From Bigelowiella natans CCMP2755 (Eukaryota; Protista; Cercozoa), in the NCBI GenBank assembly GCA_000320545.1, contig ADNK01002458.1, forward strand, positions 9,160 through 73,159: DNA of 64,000 nt, in the 5' to 3' direction. Position numbers and translations under genes: made by a program. Numbering within the stretch: the first letter of the stretch is position 1; each line of letters opens with the position of its first letter. Positions 39,192 through 53,831 of the stretch are shown here, piece by piece. The notes under the pieces were generated by a model. It saw only the letters and a program-made list of their open reading frames with translations, was not told the DNA's origin and ran no database searches.

Positions 39192-40066
39192 GGATTTCAA
39201 CCATCTGAAGGTCTTGATCTACGCGACAGTTATGTTGTACTTCATGCAGAATGGAAAACAGCAGCACCAGTGCCGTGAGAGCAAGAGATATGTTGATAAC
39301 AACAAATTCCGACACCATGCACATGTTTGGGTGTGATCGTATCGAGTGTGTGCATGTGCGCATGCTAGCATGTTGGATTCATGCTGTCTAAAATGAAAGT
39401 CGCTCATCGTTCAATCGACTTTGCTGCTACGTAGCAGTCTGTAGTGTCTTAGCCAATCTAAGCAATGCTGCATGCATGTGCACAAACATGGGTCGCATAT
39501 GGATATGCACTACATTGGGATGACCATTGAACAGGACAAATTTATTTGATTAACTACACCCGTCTTATACTACTAGACTAGCTAGCTAGCACATGGACAC
39601 TAAGCGACGTTCATCGTGCACGTACACACATGGCTAGATGGTGCTGCTGCTTCATTGTTGATCTAAATAAAAGAACAATCTTCGCAACAATTCGATCTTA
39701 CATCCATCGTCGTGACCATGCGAACCAAAATGCCATGATGATGGAAAACGGCAAGCTACGCTCTAGCTGATGCAAGCAAATAACGTGGCTCATACGCAAC
39801 CATTTTCTTTCACATGTGATGGCATAAAATGCATGCAATTTTGCATATGAATTCTCGCGCCGTGCCTCCAATGTGATGACACTGCTTCTCTCACCATGAT
39901 AACATAGACACAAACATCTAAAACACCTGTGCAAATCGTGCAATCATTCCATTGTTGACTGGACAACATGCAAAACAATGTGCAAGCCGAAATGATGTGC
40001 CAAGCTTTGGGAACATCACCGCACTGCTTTCAGTTTTGATAATTGCTTACGTCTCATCCTGGATCG

Positions 40067-41116
40067 CTAACTGCAGTCGCAGATGATTGCTGTGATGCGC
40101 TTGCCGATGACACAGTTATCCTCTACATCAGAGGAGGGAAAATCGATCAGCTTTGCACCGCTTATGAGAAATTCCTGATGATCATTACAATGCAAGCTAA
40201 TCAACATCAACATCAATCAGGATCAAGTACATCATCATCATCATCATCATTATCATCGCTCATCTTCCTCCTCATCATCATATGACCTTCAATCTACTTG
40301 AATGGTCCATCGTATAGACCATTTTAATCGGCGACTTCTTGCTCGTTAGCATTGAATAAAGTTTCTGCCGACTCGCATAGAAGAGCGCTCGCTTTGTGTA
40401 TTTCTTGATGAGCTCCCTTAAATGATTTAAGAAGCAATAAGCAAGCTGCGAGTGAGTTCACGAAGATGACGACGATGATGTAAGCAAGCTGCGAGTGAGT
40501 TCACGAAGATGACGACGACGATGATGTAGTACCCAGTGGTGAGCAAGATGTAGCAGCAGCGCAATAACAGTAGTGGTAGTAGTAGTAGTAGTAGCAGTAG
40601 TAGCAGTAGTAGTAGTAGTAGTAATTGAAGTGGTAGCAACAGTGCTATGCAATATTTCTTCTTCATCATCCTTTATGAACATACAAGTATTAAAATTATT
40701 TATATCATTATTACTACTACCTCATTTGTCTGAATGTTGTCTCTTTTGGTATATAAGGCACATACTGGGGTACCGCTAGATGGTTCCACCTAATCAGATC
40801 ATTGCTCTTAGTAGTGCGCCAGGTACCAGCAGTACCATTATCAGCCATCATGTAAGATCATACGTAGAAGTACAAACACACACACACACACGCACACACC
40901 TGCTGCTGCCCTTTTGAGTCTCATCACGAGAAGCAATCGTTAGCACCACATACTGCTCCATTGATGAACTCTCCCTTTAAGCAGCAAAGCATGGTACTTC
41001 ACAAATCGTGTATAGATACACATATATAATGTAAATGCAATATTTCATTCCCACAAATCCCGATGATGTAAGTACAAAATACAGAAACATCAGGCTAAAC
41101 CAAAGGCAAGTATTAC

Positions 41117-41150
<34 letters not shown>

Positions 41151-42874
41151 AAAGCACTAAAATCAATATTGTGATAATGGAGAGGTATCCACCTCAAAAT
41201 TCTCCTCAGAATGCGTGCGCTCTTCATGGGCTCTTCTTCGTGAACAATACCGTTTGCGGTGCCGCAGAGTGCTGCTGCTGCTGCTACATCATCGCCCTGA
41301 CCCTCTTCTATATGAATGCTCATCTTTGCCCAATTGAGGTCATTATCATTGGTCTGTTTCCCTTCTTCTTCCTTTTCTTCTTCTTCTAGTTGATGCTTGG
41401 TATCATCGTTAATACCACCACCATCATCTTCTCCTACTACTGAGTACAATTTCTCTATGACCCGCAACATCCGGAATGGCCAATGGTATACCGATCTATA
41501 TTAGACAGCAGCAGCACCAACAGCAGACACAAGGCATGCAATGATGGTGATGATGATGGTGATGATGATGACGACTTATGCTAACAACATCACACAACTA
41601 CTACTTCTTCAGATTTTCCAGATGTGCAATGAAAGAGGATGGAAGTCCTTGCAAGTCTCTGATGATGATAAAAGAGGAGGAGAAGGAGGAGGAGGAGGAG
41701 GAGGAGGAGGAGGATACGACAGAGGGTAGATGTCATTTGCGCCCAACATGCTTTATGAATCTTCCAGGAAATGTTGATTTAGAAAACAGCAGAGAGCAAT
41801 CACCAACATGTCTGACGGTGAAGAAATATGGTGTTTGTTCGAGTAGCAGTAGCAGCAGCAGTAGCAGTAGTAGTAGTAAGAGGGATAAAGATTGAGATGC
41901 TTATGGTCCTATCCAAACAAAAAACTACTTACTACCACCACCACCACCACCACTACTTGTAGATCTTCTTAACACGAGCTCTCAGCTGAGGGGTTTCGTA
42001 GGCGATGATCGTGTTTCTTGCTGCTGCAGTTGATGGTGATGATGATAGTATCTTATCGTCGATGGAGACCTGCTTGAACATGTCACCCTCCACTTGCCTG
42101 CAATTGTATCATCATCTCTTTTTCATCATCATCATCATCATCATCATCGTCATTATCGTCCATTTATGGTAACATTTTGTACTACTACTACTACCTCAGG
42201 AGGATATGCAGCTTTGGTAGCTTGAATCGTTCTGCAAGCTTCACTATCACGACACCATAGTCCATATCCCTGACAACAATCGATGATGCCGATGTTAAGA
42301 TATGATGAGGTGATGATTATCCTCATCAATACGTGAGGTAATGACATCATAATTCCAACCACATTAAACATGTTCGTATGATGAATGCTACTCCTTAATC
42401 TTGTACAGCTATCCATATGTGTAGCTGCACTAGCTTTGGTTTTCCAACGCAGCTTTGCAGGTTGCAGGTTGTTGTTAATATTATTACTCTTCGAGAGGGA
42501 TGGAGATTTTGACGGGCGGTAGCTTTGCATCAATAGGTACAAATAGAACGGGTAGCATCCTGGAGGTGATGCTGCTGCAACTGTGGTGATAATCACCCTC
42601 ATCATCCTCGATGTGAGTTTTGATAGGTAGGACCCGTCGAGCCACCTTCGGTGTTCGGTCGCTGTCCTCTAAAAGTAGTAACAGATGAATAACATATGTT
42701 AAGTAGTCTGAGTGGGAAGGAATAAATGATGGCAACAACGGCAAAGATTAAACACCGTAATATATAAGAAGGAATAAATGATAACAACGGTAAAGATTAT
42801 GCACCGTAAATTCCCCGGCGGCGCTTCCTTACCAAAGAGTCGTTGGCTTCCTGCGTGTGAAAATGATGCCCCAT
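40067..42874 (-). CDS. Hypothetical multi-exon protein with weak DIS3/RNase II OB-fold-like segments
   Basis: Exons MGHHFHTQ..., VLFVPIDAKLPPVKISIP, FPGRFIKHVG, ELIKKYTKRALFY and EFLISGAKLIDFP...ICDCS*. The full splice path is not resolved. Confidence 0.45.
40440..40530. repeat. Intronic ~43-bp tandem duplication
   Basis: AGCAAGCTGCGAGTGAGTTCACGAAGATGACGACGA occurs twice in tandem. Confidence 0.85.
42717..42809. repeat. ~45-bp tandem duplication spanning a splice donor
   Basis: AAGGAATAAATGAT..CAACGG.AAAGATTA..CACCGTAA occurs twice. Confidence 0.75.
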
Positions 42875-43093
42875 GAAAATGATCAAATGGATGAATACTT
42901 TAGACGCAGCACTTGAGCAAAACTTGTGTCTTGAATAAGTTAAATTACTGACAAATGTAATGTTTTTTTGAATAACGTATGCACAACCTCCGCCATTTGT
43001 TTGTTTTCCTGCAATTTGGACGATGATAAGATTTGTCCCCCCGAGGTGATCATTCTTTAGTCCCTCTGCAGAAGCAACTTTATGGAAAACAAA

Positions 43094-45787
43094 ATGAGCA
43101 ACGACCAGAGCTCAGGCTCAAGCAAGTAAGTTTCGTCTGTTCGAGTAACATAGAAGAAGAAGAAGACAACCGCGATAACAAATTAGAATATATTACAATC
43201 AATAAAATACAGCAAAAGCGTGTCTCATTCCAGTGTTTTAATCTTTCTTATCGCTAAAAAAGAAATCGACGAGAGAAGCGCAACAGATAGCTACGCCTCC
43301 ATGTTCAGCACACCAGAGGAGGAGGAAGATGAATTCTTGTTGACCGTTATAAATCCGTTCCATTTTATGAGTGCGACAATGATATTTTCTCGATAAAGCA
43401 TGCAGCTTTTTGACCACGTACAGCTGTGCTCCTGGAAAAGAGAACATCGCACTTCGATCTTCCATTCAGACTTAAAGTGGGAAATGGTTGCTGAAACGGT
43501 GTGATTTTCTACGAAGAAATACTGATCTATTTTGGAACAGCGACAACGTTTATTGCAAGAAATCAAAGCACAACCGGCACTCATCTCAGTGGAGAAAGAA
43601 TGGCTGATGACCCCCAGGAACCCTTGGACAAGTTCGGCTTTGGTGATCTAATATCAAAAGAATTGTGTTTGAGAGGTACTTTTTCTCAGAGCCATCATCA
43701 GGCGAAAAGGTGGTTTTAATCTCCAAGACTACATGAGAATCAGACAGGTGAGTAAGGGAAGATGGTCTCTCATTCCCAGCAGCCACTCATTCTAGCCGTT
43801 GATTTTACGAAGGCGGATTACTCTCGATTCGAAGATTTCTCACAAAACGTATACAAATTGATATCAGGAAGTCGAGAATCTTGCTAGAGAAGAATCTAGA
43901 TTGCAAGAGGGTAAAAGGAAAATCGATTTGGTCACCACACTCCCACCCAAGCACAAGGAGAAAGACCACGAACGAAATGATCGTCTTTCTTCATCAACCA
44001 CCCCAAGCACAGGGAGCGACGTTCTTCAACAGGTAATCAGAACATTTATGTTCAAGAAACTTGACCAAAAGGATTGTGTCGTTGGGAAATTGTTTACATC
44101 TGCTTAGCTCGAGGCTGTAGGGAGCATGCTGCTAAAAAAACTGGAGGCTTTTGGAATTCGGTGTGATATAGCTATCAGATTATAACAACTAACTCGGACA
44201 AACATCGGCAAACATGCTGTCACTAGTTTTCAACGATTTGTTATCCTGGATATATCATTTACTAATGTAGTGATTCTAATAGAGGCTATTATGTGCACAG
44301 ATATCAATGCGATGCAACAGTCAAGTTTGGGATGTCAGAGATAAGACAAGCATTTTGCAAATCACGGGCACGAGTACTTACAACATAAAATGTTACCCTT
44401 GTTTTCTGTTGATTCATTTTGCAAACATTGTTAGTGGAAATCAGCGTACGAAAATGCTACCAAAGAGATTGGGGACCTTTCAAAGACACTCGAAATCCAG
44501 GTAGAACATCGTTCCTGCTATTATTCTATTTTTTTTACCATATGTATATATTTGTATGCACATACATATTTAAGTTTGTGCGCATGGAAATAAAAAGGAG
44601 TCCAAATTTAAGAATACGCTCAAAGAACTTACGAATTCACATGAGGAGGTAGTAGTTTTGATGAGATTGTCTACTCCTTTCCGTTGAGGCAGCAAAATGC
44701 ATGATGCAGAGTCTTTGTCTACCAGCAATACGCATTGCCTTCTACATATACCACAGGAAAAACTCAAGTTTCATAAAGAAGCAGAAGCTGCGAGAGCCAA
44801 ATACCTCATCAGCCTGAAGAAGGTACAACTTGGTAAATTAAGAATCAAAGCGTAGGCAACTTGCGATGTGAAAGAAAACAAATTTAATGAGTGAATCCAG
44901 CGATGTGCCAACACAGCAACTATCTTCCTCATTCCTACAAAATCTATGTTTGATGAACGACTATACTACTCGTAGGTCAAATCTACAGATAAAAAAAGTC
45001 GGGACTCGGATTTGAAGGTAACGAAGTTGTGTGTGGTTTTATCGTCTTCTTACACTGCTACTCCTACACCATTATCATTATGATCATATTGAGATCAACG
45101 TTTTTACAACTGCTAAAGGTGATACTGATGGCAATGCTGTTTCATATCACATTTATTTAGGAGTTGGAGGCAAAAATGAAGGAGGAGCACGAGCAGAGCA
45201 TGAAGAGTCTCGAAGCTAAACTGAAAAGTGACTACGAAGACCAAATAAAGCAGGTATGAGTGTTGGTGGTTGAACGATGGAGCTGCTTCTTCTTCAAAAC
45301 AGAGAGTGTTTGATGCATGTATTTCCGGTCATTTGGGAGACGACATGAAAGTAGGTTTTAATCTGTAGATTCGAGTGTATTGTTGAGCACTAAGATGTGC
45401 CGGAGAAGACGAAATGAATTGCAAAAATAATGGTGAATGTCTAGATCCAAGCTGAATGTGCAGAGAAACTTCGCAAAGAGCAAGAAACGAATACAGAGAA
45501 ACTTCGTAAAGAGCGAGAGGAGAATTCAAAGGCAATCCTTTTTTTCACACAGACTCATATAAATTCTACTCGGTGTTTGAGCTGTTGTTGGCCTTGAAAA
45601 TCATCGTGCTTGTACTTGCTTCTCCTCCCCCTGATAATTTGCCACTCTTCCCACAATTAGAAATCTCAGAGAATCTCAGCGCAGTTGGTGCAGCTTGAAG
45701 ACCAAGCTGGGAAGGTATTTTATCTTGCTGTATGCAATCATTAAAAATGCTAATAGCATGAAATATATTAAGATATGCGTTGTTCGT

Positions 45788-45820
<33 letters not shown>

Positions 45821-47079
45821 TACCCTGCTGTTAATACTTGATTCATTCGTATAGGAGATGCATATTATTGTTCTCACATTTGATTAAGAAGGTGCCTTCT
45901 CCCCATTCAATTCCTTTTGTCTATTGTTAGATGCTGAAGCGAAAATCTGAGAAGCTAGCCACAGCTCTCACACGTGTGAAGGAGCTCGAAGACGCTCTGG
46001 CAAAACTACACGAAACGTATGATGATGCACTGTTATCAGTCGAGGAAGTATTGCTATCAGCACCAGCCTACAATCTGCGTTCACTAATTTAGGTGCTCAT
46101 CGGGACAAAAAGAGATCCGCAACAAACTTGCTGAAGAACGAAAAAAGGTATTATTATTCTTCGAGGGATGAAGCCTCAATCGACTGTGTTTTGTCTTAAC
46201 TTTAAATGTTTCATCTTCTTCTTCTGTTTCTTCTTCTTCTTCTTCCCACGATTACATCAAATCGACCATTGAATACGCTCGTAGGTGGTGGATTGATAGA
46301 TATAAATATTGATCTTTTCTCTTTCCCTATCATTTGAATGGGATTCTTCATCATTATCATGACAGACTAGAGCCGCATCGAAACAAGCCGATTTATTGAA
46401 GGATAGACTGGAAGCACAGACCAAGTAATGTCTGCCAGAGAATACTATTAGCAATTCAATATTCGCTGCTTTGGTAACACAATATCTGAATAATTAGGGA
46501 GGAGAGAAAGAGGAGAGAGAGTGAAGCTACCGCTGCTGAAAAACTGGCCGAGCAACTAAAGGCCTGGACTCTGAATCTTGACATGACTTAACGAAAAAAC
46601 ATATGTGGTGACATTCGATCTTTCCTCTTCTTTCTCAGATTCTTGATCAAAGGCGAAAGGACGAGACCAAACGTCTAAAACAGAAGTACCGCGCAAGCAA
46701 CGAATTCATTTTAATATGAGTAAAAGTGGTGAACCAGCTCATCCTCCTTCTTGTAGGCACCAAGAAGAGCTGAACATGATTCATGAAAAGATTCAACACG
46801 GTATTGCAAAAAACAGAGTATACACGATAATTCCATCATCATCAGTATGAATAACTTATTCTATTTAACAGTCATAGAAGGAAAAGACACTCAAATTCGC
46901 TCCTTCCAGAAACAAGCTGAACGGCTAAAGCTGAAGGTCTCAATATTTCGTGGATTTCGCACAAACTCAGAAAAGTGCTCACTATCTGTTGGCATATTAA
47001 TCATTCTCTACGTTATGTGTTGACAATCCAGGTCGTAAAACTCGAACAGTATCTTCTTGCGCAGAAGGACAATTTATGA
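43094..47079 (+). CDS. Long coiled-coil protein with a CEP131/AZI1-like C-terminus
   Basis: Many short E/K-rich exons. The end HQEELNMIHEKIQHVIEGKDTQIRSFQKQAERLKLKVVKLEQYLLAQKDNL* resembles the CEP131 tail pattern (EL..IH.RV...L..K...I..L.......LE.LL.Q). Confidence 0.55.
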
Positions 47080-47199
47080 CGAATCGTACACCCACGAATA
47101 TCTACTGCCAGTATTATGTCCGTGAACATGTTCTAGTGTTGTGAATATGCGCTAATGTTGAGAAGAACTATGGTTATTGGAAGACTATACAGCAGTGCT

Positions 47200-48050
47200 T
47201 TATGCAATGACAGGCGTCGCCTGACTTTATAGCATGCTGGTCATGTACTCTCATAAAAAGCGAAATGAATGTATTAAATACTATCTTACAGTTGACATGT
47301 GGCAGAAGCCAACAGCCGAAGGTGAAGAGAAAAATATTTACAACATTATTTCTATCTTTCCAACATGCAAGCAGCATGATCAAGTGTACATATAAGAGAC
47401 GGATCTTACCGCCAGCAAGCAGCATGATCAAATATGCTAGCTAGCTAGTACGCACACATCTAGACATCATATGCGCTAAATGCGACATACGCATCACGTC
47501 ATACTGATAAGGCTAGCAGGCTATAGCAGGTCCGCGATACTGAGTTGCGTTCAACGTACGTACGTGCTCATTTCATTGTAGCTGACAACTGCACCGCCTA
47601 CTGCTAACAGGTGCCACATGGCTAGATGGCTAGATGAGGCTACATGCGTGCACCGCAGCTTCGGGTCGAGCTGCATCAACATTTGAATACACACAATGAC
47701 GCACACAAACTGCTGGGCGCACATGTGCTAGCTAGCTAGTTTGTGTGAAGCACGAGATCGAGCAGGCTACAGCTGGATATTACATACTAGCATACTAGCA
47801 TACGCATATGCATCAGCTGCATGCATCAATCGCCGGACAAGATTTCTTGCAGTCCTGCAATTGCATTAAGAGCGTGCGCTAATAATGCCTGCTGCACACA
47901 TGAAACTTGCGTTTTGCGATGTTGCTTTCCAATGTTTTACATGTTCATTTTCCTGTAGTTGTTCCGTGCTTCATTTGGCGAAATATGGATGTGCATGCAT
48001 GCTGCTCTATCTATGCCACTTTAGGATTTTTGTGACAACTACAGTGTTGC
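47200..48050. other. CTAG/CATG/TGCA-rich spacer between convergent 3' ends
   Basis: GCTAGCTAGCTAG runs near 47437 and 47728 and many CA/TG-rich palindromes. Confidence 0.6.
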
Positions 48051-48054
48051 TAAC

Positions 48055-48466
48055 CTAAGACGTATTAGTCGGATTGACTTCCAGTATTTGCGGTAGCTCT
48101 ACTCGCCTATATTCATCGGGAAGCTCAAACATCGATTGGGGTACCTAAAGATAACAACGACGAAGATGAAGAAGAAGATGATGATAATAACAAATTTGAA
48201 ATCTATTTCCGTTTTGCCTTTCGATCGAGGCAGCATGTGGCGACTAATAGGACATATGGACGACGTTCATAGTAGAACTCTCAAAGACTAATCATGCAAC
48301 TATGGTTGAATGCAATAATAAGTTTCCGTAGAAGCAAAAGCAATGATTCTTTGTGCAGCCAGCGGGGGGAAAGTAGTGAGTTACACAAAAGAAATTCTGT
48401 GACAGAATCCGATAAAATGGGATATAGTTTGTTGTTGCACATAGTGGTAGTTGAGTGTAGAGCTAT

Positions 48467-48497
<31 letters not shown>

Positions 48498-48647
48498 GCC
48501 AATGGTAAGCAACCATTTCAGTGCCAATGTCACATTCTGCGAAAGTCACATCCGCAGATATTGTAGGGAAGACTGGCAGAGTCAACTTAATCGGAAACCC
48601 CTCTATGGATAAGGAATAAGGAGGAGTGGTGGGGTCGTGAGGATGAT

Positions 48648-48689
<42 letters not shown>

Positions 48690-48805
48690 GGGGGAGGAGG
48701 AGGAGGAAAGGAGGAGGGACTAGCACAACATTAAACGCTATGATGACGAGGAGCCATGTATCGAGCGAGCCGGAGGTGATCATTTCTCGCAGAATATCCA
48801 TTCCC

Positions 48806-48836
<31 letters not shown>

Positions 48837-50793
48837 CAGTGTTTGTACAGGAGGTGTAGTAGTAACATGTTGCTGCACGCATCCTCAATTCACAGTAGTA
48901 CCTGGCATCTTGACAGTAAGAAAATTACGTAGCTTACTGATGTTTGGATGGTGTGGTGCAACCTATATCATAATTATCATCATTATCATCATCATCATCA
49001 TCACCATACCGATGGCGAAGGAAGACATGAGCTCTACAAATAGGTGCTACATCCATTCTAATAAGTTGTGTAAAGCGCTCACAGGCGCGCACACACACAC
49101 AAACACACAAATACACAAACACACACCACATGCGACGATGCACGTAATGCGCACGTACCAGATCTAGCAGGGTAACGACCATGTTCTTGGTAATGGGAAA
49201 ATCGTCTATACCGAGCAACAATCAATCAATGTGTCAAGATGACGATGATGATGATGATGATGATGATAATGACGATAGTGATATGATGATGATGGAAGTA
49301 GTACTGCTATTGATTCTAAGCTTCCTCCCTCTTTTGCTACTTCTTCTTCTTCTTCTAATCTGTCCTTTTTATCATCAATCTCACATGGACGACTGACTAC
49401 TGGCGAGATGAGTTATTGCATACCACACATATGGATCTCCGGTTTAACTTCACGTGTGTTTGACTCCACGATCCTCCTCCTACTCAATGCCTCTATTGCC
49501 TGTTGTTTGATTGCAGAGCTCATTAGGGGAGGGAGAGACGTTCTGGTGGTGGGCCGTGTGGAAATAATACGCCAAAAACGAGGGTCTTGATTAAGCTTTT
49601 TTCTAACAAATGGTGATCCACGCAGATGTGAGATGATCAACATCAACTTACTTGCTCTCTAGCCTTCTTTAGTTGTTTCTGTTTTTGTTTGTCATTTCTG
49701 GTGCTAACAGTAGTAGAGGGGCTGCTGCTGCTGCTGCTGCTGCTCTCGCCGTTAACTCCGACATCAGTGGCTCCCATCATCCGTCCTTCTACTAGTCCCA
49801 CGTCGCTGCTCGCATACTTGAGATAGGTATCCATCTGCCTCTTGGAGGGGGGATGGGGAGGGGTAAGCGAATCGTGTGGCTCAAAGTCGCTGTCATCATT
49901 GTCTTCTTCGTCACTGCCTTCTTCTTCTTCTTCTTCTTCTTCTTCTTCTTCGTTATTGGGGTTGTTGCCAATGTATTGCTTCGAGTTCACGCCTTGGAGT
50001 AGCATGAAAGCAGCAAGTGTGAAAAGGACAACGACGATCAGCACACACACACACACACACACACACACGTTCATACAAACGAGGAAGTAGAATGGAGGAA
50101 AAAGTGAGGAGATGATCAGAGGAAAGAGTCAGAGGAATGAGAAGACAGCACTGCCAGCTTTCAATGATACATGAGTGATAATTGCGCGCACACACACAAA
50201 CCTCTCTTTCCAGTCCTCTCCTCCTCATCTCTTTCTAACAGTTTCTGGAGGAGAGATGAGAGTCAGTGAGTGAGGGGGAGATTGAGAGAAAGAGAGAGAG
50301 AAATAATGAAAACAAAATATCCCATTCCTTGTTGAATTTGGTAGACAACCTCATTTTCCTCTTCTTCTTCTTCCTCCTCAGCCTTTGCTTTGGCTTCACT
50401 GGATACGATTAAATATCTCCCTCACAACAATCGATACAATTCAATTCAATTCGTTGGAATCACAGAACAAACTGACGGCAGCAGCAGCTAGTACACTGCT
50501 TTGTGTTGTAAATGGAGGAACTTGCACACTTTCCCTCCCCCTTCCCCTACTCCTCCTCCTCATCATCATTATCATCGTCATCATTCTCATCATTATGCGG
50601 CAGGAAGAATCTTACCGAAGATGTTGCGTCAATTCTGTGGCGGAAGTCGGTCCATTTGAATTCTCCTTGAACGCCTTAATGACGCGTGATCATGATAACA
50701 TTATTCTCCTCCTCCTCCTCATCATCATGTTGTACGATATTAGCACCACCATCATCATAACTCCTCCTCCTCCTCCTCCTCCTCCTCCTCCTG

Positions 50794-50827
<34 letters not shown>

Positions 50828-51432
50828 GCACCTTGATCTCTTCCGAGCTCATATGCTCCATACGTAGTGTCTGTTGCAAAACAATAATACGCCAACAACA
50901 ACAACAACAACAACGCAGTCGTAAGAACAACCTTAACATCGTCATCATCATCATCATTGTCGATCTAAATGCTTCTCCTCCTACTACTACTACTACTACT
51001 ACTACGACTACTCTCGTTCCATCCTCCTCCTCCTTCCTCCCCCTCCTCCTCCTACTACTCATGTTCGCTGTTTGAATGTATTATTATTAGTAGTAGTAGT
51101 AGTAGCGGTAGTTAGTTGCTGGTACGTGTAAGATCTGAAGCTTGAGCACGTTAAAGACTCTCGTGTCATAGTTGCCGACTTTGCCAGTCTAATGATGATC
51201 ATTTTATCGATAAAATAATAATAATATGATACTCATTTCTTCGTGCTGCTTGCACACGTGTGTATCGATAAGGAGGAGGAGGGGGAGGAGGAGGAGGAGG
51301 AGGAGGAGAAGGAGAGGAAGGGGACTTCGTGAAGCAGCAGAGCAGAAGAATACAACCCACCTTTTCCGACGTGAATATCATGCCGCTAGTAGCTCTTTGG
51401 AATTGCAAGTGACCTTGATGAAACGGTGATGA

Positions 51433-51465
<33 letters not shown>

Positions 51466-51725
51466 AACGATGCCGTCAGCTCTGCTGCTATTATTGTGTT
51501 TTTATTGTTATTGTTGTCGTTATCATCATCGTCGCTATTATCACAACCAATCCATATAATTGCTATGACTCTATCTTTCTAAAGTTGCTCGCTCTTGCTT
51601 TTTTCTTAGCAGCATTGTGCGACAGTGAGAGTAGTAAGAATTGTAGCAAATGATAGCAAGCAGGACCAGGAATAAAAGTCCTTTGGTTTGGATTGCTCAT
51701 AAAGGCAGATACCTAGAGAGAAGTG

Positions 51726-51756
<31 letters not shown>

Positions 51757-52108
51757 GAGGAGGAGGAGGAGGAGGAGGAGGAGAAGGAGGAGGAAAAAAA
51801 GAGAAGAAGAGATCATTGAAGCAGCAGGTTCTATCATCGTTGTTATACTTTATCTCATTTTTATCTCATTGTTATCAATATCAGAGCAGTATTAGATTCT
51901 CATCACCATCACCTCCTTATCTATGATCTTCTCCCAATGCTTTCCCATTTTTTCCTTCTTAAGCCTATCGTTTTGCTGCCCCCCACCCCCTCCTCCTTGT
52001 ATGACAGCGTATGTCTTAGCCTCATTGTTCATTAAGAGGCCACTAAACTGCTTTCCACGTCGGAAGTTAAATAGGAATGCGATGTTTCCTCTAAATAATG
52101 TTTATGAA

Positions 52109-52147
<39 letters not shown>

Positions 52148-52549
52148 TGCGAGGGTGGCTGGTTTCTGGTTGCGCGAGCAACTTGTAAATAGCGTCATCA
52201 TCATTGTCATTATCATCATCATCATCGTCATCATCATCGATATAGTGATTGTGGTGCTCAGAAATGCCATCCAATTGGGCATGCAGCTATCGAGAAAGAA
52301 ACACGAATAAAAATGTTATTGAAACATAGGTGCAGCTTGGTGATGTTACTGCATGTCCAAATGAATGTTATTTAATCTACAACGCCGTCGCTACTCGACT
52401 GATAATTGAGCTCGGAGCTCATCATTTGGTTCATAATTCATACCGCTGCCAGCGAAAAGATTTGAGGCCGATTAACGTAGCTTGCACACGCACCGAGTTC
52501 CCTGCTCACCACCAGAAAGCAGCAGTCGGTCCTCGTGATAATACATGAT

Positions 52550-52590
<41 letters not shown>

Positions 52591-53037
52591 AACATATGCG
52601 CTCTTCTTCCGCTCAAGATGATGCACGTCTCAGCGCTGATAGATAGCAACAACCTCTCTTCCAGATTTGAATTGTATCAGAAGGGCAAAACGATGACAAG
52701 AACGGAATCCAAGACCTAAGAGCAACAACAACAACAACAAGTAGAAGCTGACAATGAGACCTCATTCCTAATGCATCGTTCAGGCAAAGATGCGCTATGA
52801 CAGCTGACTGACTGACTAAGTGAGTGAGTGAGTGAGTGATCGCCTTCTGCTGCTACTGCTGCTCAATTGCCACACTACTGCAACAACAGCAGCCACAACG
52901 ATTTTCTGCTGCTAATACAACTACCCACTACTACTCACCGAAAACGCCAATCAAGACGGATGTAGAGGTCCTGCGTCGTGTGATTGATAATAGACCAGAA
53001 TGAGGATGATGATGAGGAGAAAGGATATGTCAACGAT

Positions 53038-53078
<41 letters not shown>

Positions 53079-53472
53079 CAAGTAGGTGGTGGCATACTAA
53101 GACAAAATACTCATCATCGAGCACTGATATGTGGAAAGGGAAAGGAAAGAGGATGATGATGATGATGATGAAATGATGGGCATCACACCTTGAGCCTCTC
53201 GACGCTTTCTCGGATTTGAGTGGCCCTTACTCGGATATCATCGCCAACCTAGGAATCAGACGACAATTACGATGTTTTGGATGATAATGACTGTAAAGGA
53301 TAAGTATAGCACAAGTAGCAGTATACAAATGCCGATTATATCAAAGATGGCGTGTACCTGTTTCTTAGCTTCAGACCAGAGAATTCGAATGTTGTCTGAT
53401 ATATTATTGCGTAGTATATTTGAAAATCAAATTGGAAGACGATGGAATGATACGCTGTAGTAAATAAATAAA

Positions 53473-53516
<44 letters not shown>

Positions 53517-53781
53517 TATAATATGCTTGCTTGGGATGTGATATATGTATCAGAATCCTACCATCATTTTGTCCCAAATGTGGCATTCATGATCAATACT
53601 TAGTACTACCGAAATTTCCATAGCTGATAGCTTCATTTAGGGCAGACCAGCCTTCTTTATTTCCTTTCGAAAAGAAGTTGTGTATTTTTTCCTAACGTTC
53701 CCGTGTTGGTCCTCCTCACCGTCACTCAAAAGTGTCTTCATGTGCAATGAAAAACCTTACGCTCTCACGCGCGCGCGTGCG

Positions 53782-53831
<50 letters not shown>

